Assembly (NCBI GenBank): GCA_946184595.1
Contig: CAMHFM010000001.1
Coordinates: 1-24,474 of the forward strand
DNA length: 24,474 bases
Direction: 5' to 3'
Source of the DNA: an uncultured Azospirillum sp.
Lineage (GTDB): Bacteria; Pseudomonadota; Alphaproteobacteria; RF32; CAG-239
Both the position numbers and the translations under genes were made by a program. Positions within the stretch are counted from its first letter, which is position 1. Each line of letters starts with the position of its first letter. Below are positions 23,744-24,474 of this stretch, one piece after another. The notes under the pieces were generated by a model that ran no database searches, was not told the origin of the DNA, and worked only from the letters and a program-made list of their open reading frames with translations.

Positions 23744-24474
23744 TTATTTTATAAAATTTTCAATACTTTTATAGAGATCTTCTTGGTTTTTTTGTATCTC
23801 AAAATTATGTTCGCTGCTTTTAACAACCGTATATGAGGCTTTAGGCATTATTCGGACCAAGTTTTTTACATCATCTGCCGCAATAATAATATCTTTATCG
23901 CCAGCAATAATAAGCGTTTTGGCTGTAATTGCCGGAGCCAAAGTATAAGCATTGTAAGATTTACTGTTAGTAACAACATTGTAAGGAATAACAGCTGTTT
24001 TATTAATCTTTGTATCAGTATATTCATAAGAGCCGTTTTGTTTCCATAATCGGCAAAATTCAGATAAGTTTTTCATACAAGATTTTTCCCAAAGATCCCC
24101 GCTGATAACCGGCGCAATCGGAACCAATATATTAACTTTTTCCGGATGACGGGCGCTGTATTGCAAAACAGATGCACCACCTAAAGAGTGTCCGGAAAGA
24201 GCAAAAGGTTCGCTATAAAAAGGTTGTTTTTTAGCCCAATCAATAACGGTTTCTAAATCTTCCGTAAAGGTTGATAAAAGAACTTTCTGTACATCGTTGC
24301 CACTTTTACCTAAAGAGTAACGACTGTCAAAAGTAATGACGACATAATGATGTGCAAGAAAAGCTTGTTTTGCCGTTTGAATGACTTGATGATCCATATT
24401 TGAGGCCAATCCATGTTGAATAAAAGCTAATTTTTTATAAGAAGCATTTTTCAATCCATCAACTTTGACATAGA
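23744..24474 (-). CDS. Alpha/beta-fold serine hydrolase, 5'-partial
   Basis: HG oxyanion segment (IQHGL), GHSLGG nucleophile elbow, AGDKD and SEHNF triad positions. The frame stays open to the window edge, so the TTG at 24454 is probably not the true start. Confidence 0.88.
   Translation of the reverse strand, partial: YVKVDGLKNASYKKLAFIQHGLASNMDHQVIQTAKQAFLAHHYVVITFDSRYSLGKSGNDVQKVLLSTFTEDLETVIDWAKKQPFYSEPFALSGHSLGGASVLQYSARHPEKVNILVPIAPVISGDLWEKSCMKNLSEFCRLWKQNGSYEYTDTKINKTAVIPYNVVTNSKSYNAYTLAPAITAKTLIIAGDKDIIIAADDVKNLVRIMPKASYTVVKSSEHNFEIQKNQEDLYKSIENFIK

Noticed and set aside
1-24474. CRISPR arrays, tRNA/rRNA, IS elements, integrases, DGR repeats, invertible promoters
   Set aside because: No regularly spaced repeats, cloverleafs, transposase/recombinase/RT motifs or long flanking inverted repeats were seen by eye.

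Overview
AT-rich bacterial window with three parts. (1) 1-1520: a divergent pair made of a partial hypothetical gene and htpX. Between them is a dense regulatory region containing a promoter-to-terminator unit with no ORF (candidate sRNA). (2) 1521-12055: a ~300-bp leader with nine GANTC sites, a 2835-aa classical autotransporter/adhesin (Pmp-like GGA(I/L/V) repeats, C-terminal beta-barrel), then a divergent HAD hydrolase / zinc deaminase pair. (3) 12226-23662: an ~11.4-kb hydrogen-metabolism island of two convergent operons sharing one terminator. The + operon is hydC-hydB-hydA (trimeric group A3-type [FeFe]-hydrogenase, with HydB lacking its C-terminal Fe-S domains). The - operon is [2Fe-2S] protein, PAS-containing sensory group C hydrogenase, SpoIIE/PP2C phosphatase, second [2Fe-2S] protein, monomeric group B hydrogenase, adhE. 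A partial alpha/beta hydrolase closes the window. The autotransporter implies a diderm host. GANTC enrichment at promoters suggests CcrM-type methylation and so possibly an anaerobic gut alphaproteobacterium; this is inference and the taxonomy cannot be confirmed from sequence alone. I saw no rRNA, tRNA, CRISPR array, transposase or integrase. Top leads: a possible methylation-controlled switch on the giant adhesin, a hybrid-architecture HydB, a complete H2-sensing/ethanol switch in a diderm, and an orphan structured sRNA. All counts were made by eye and all family assignments come from motif recognition, not database searches.
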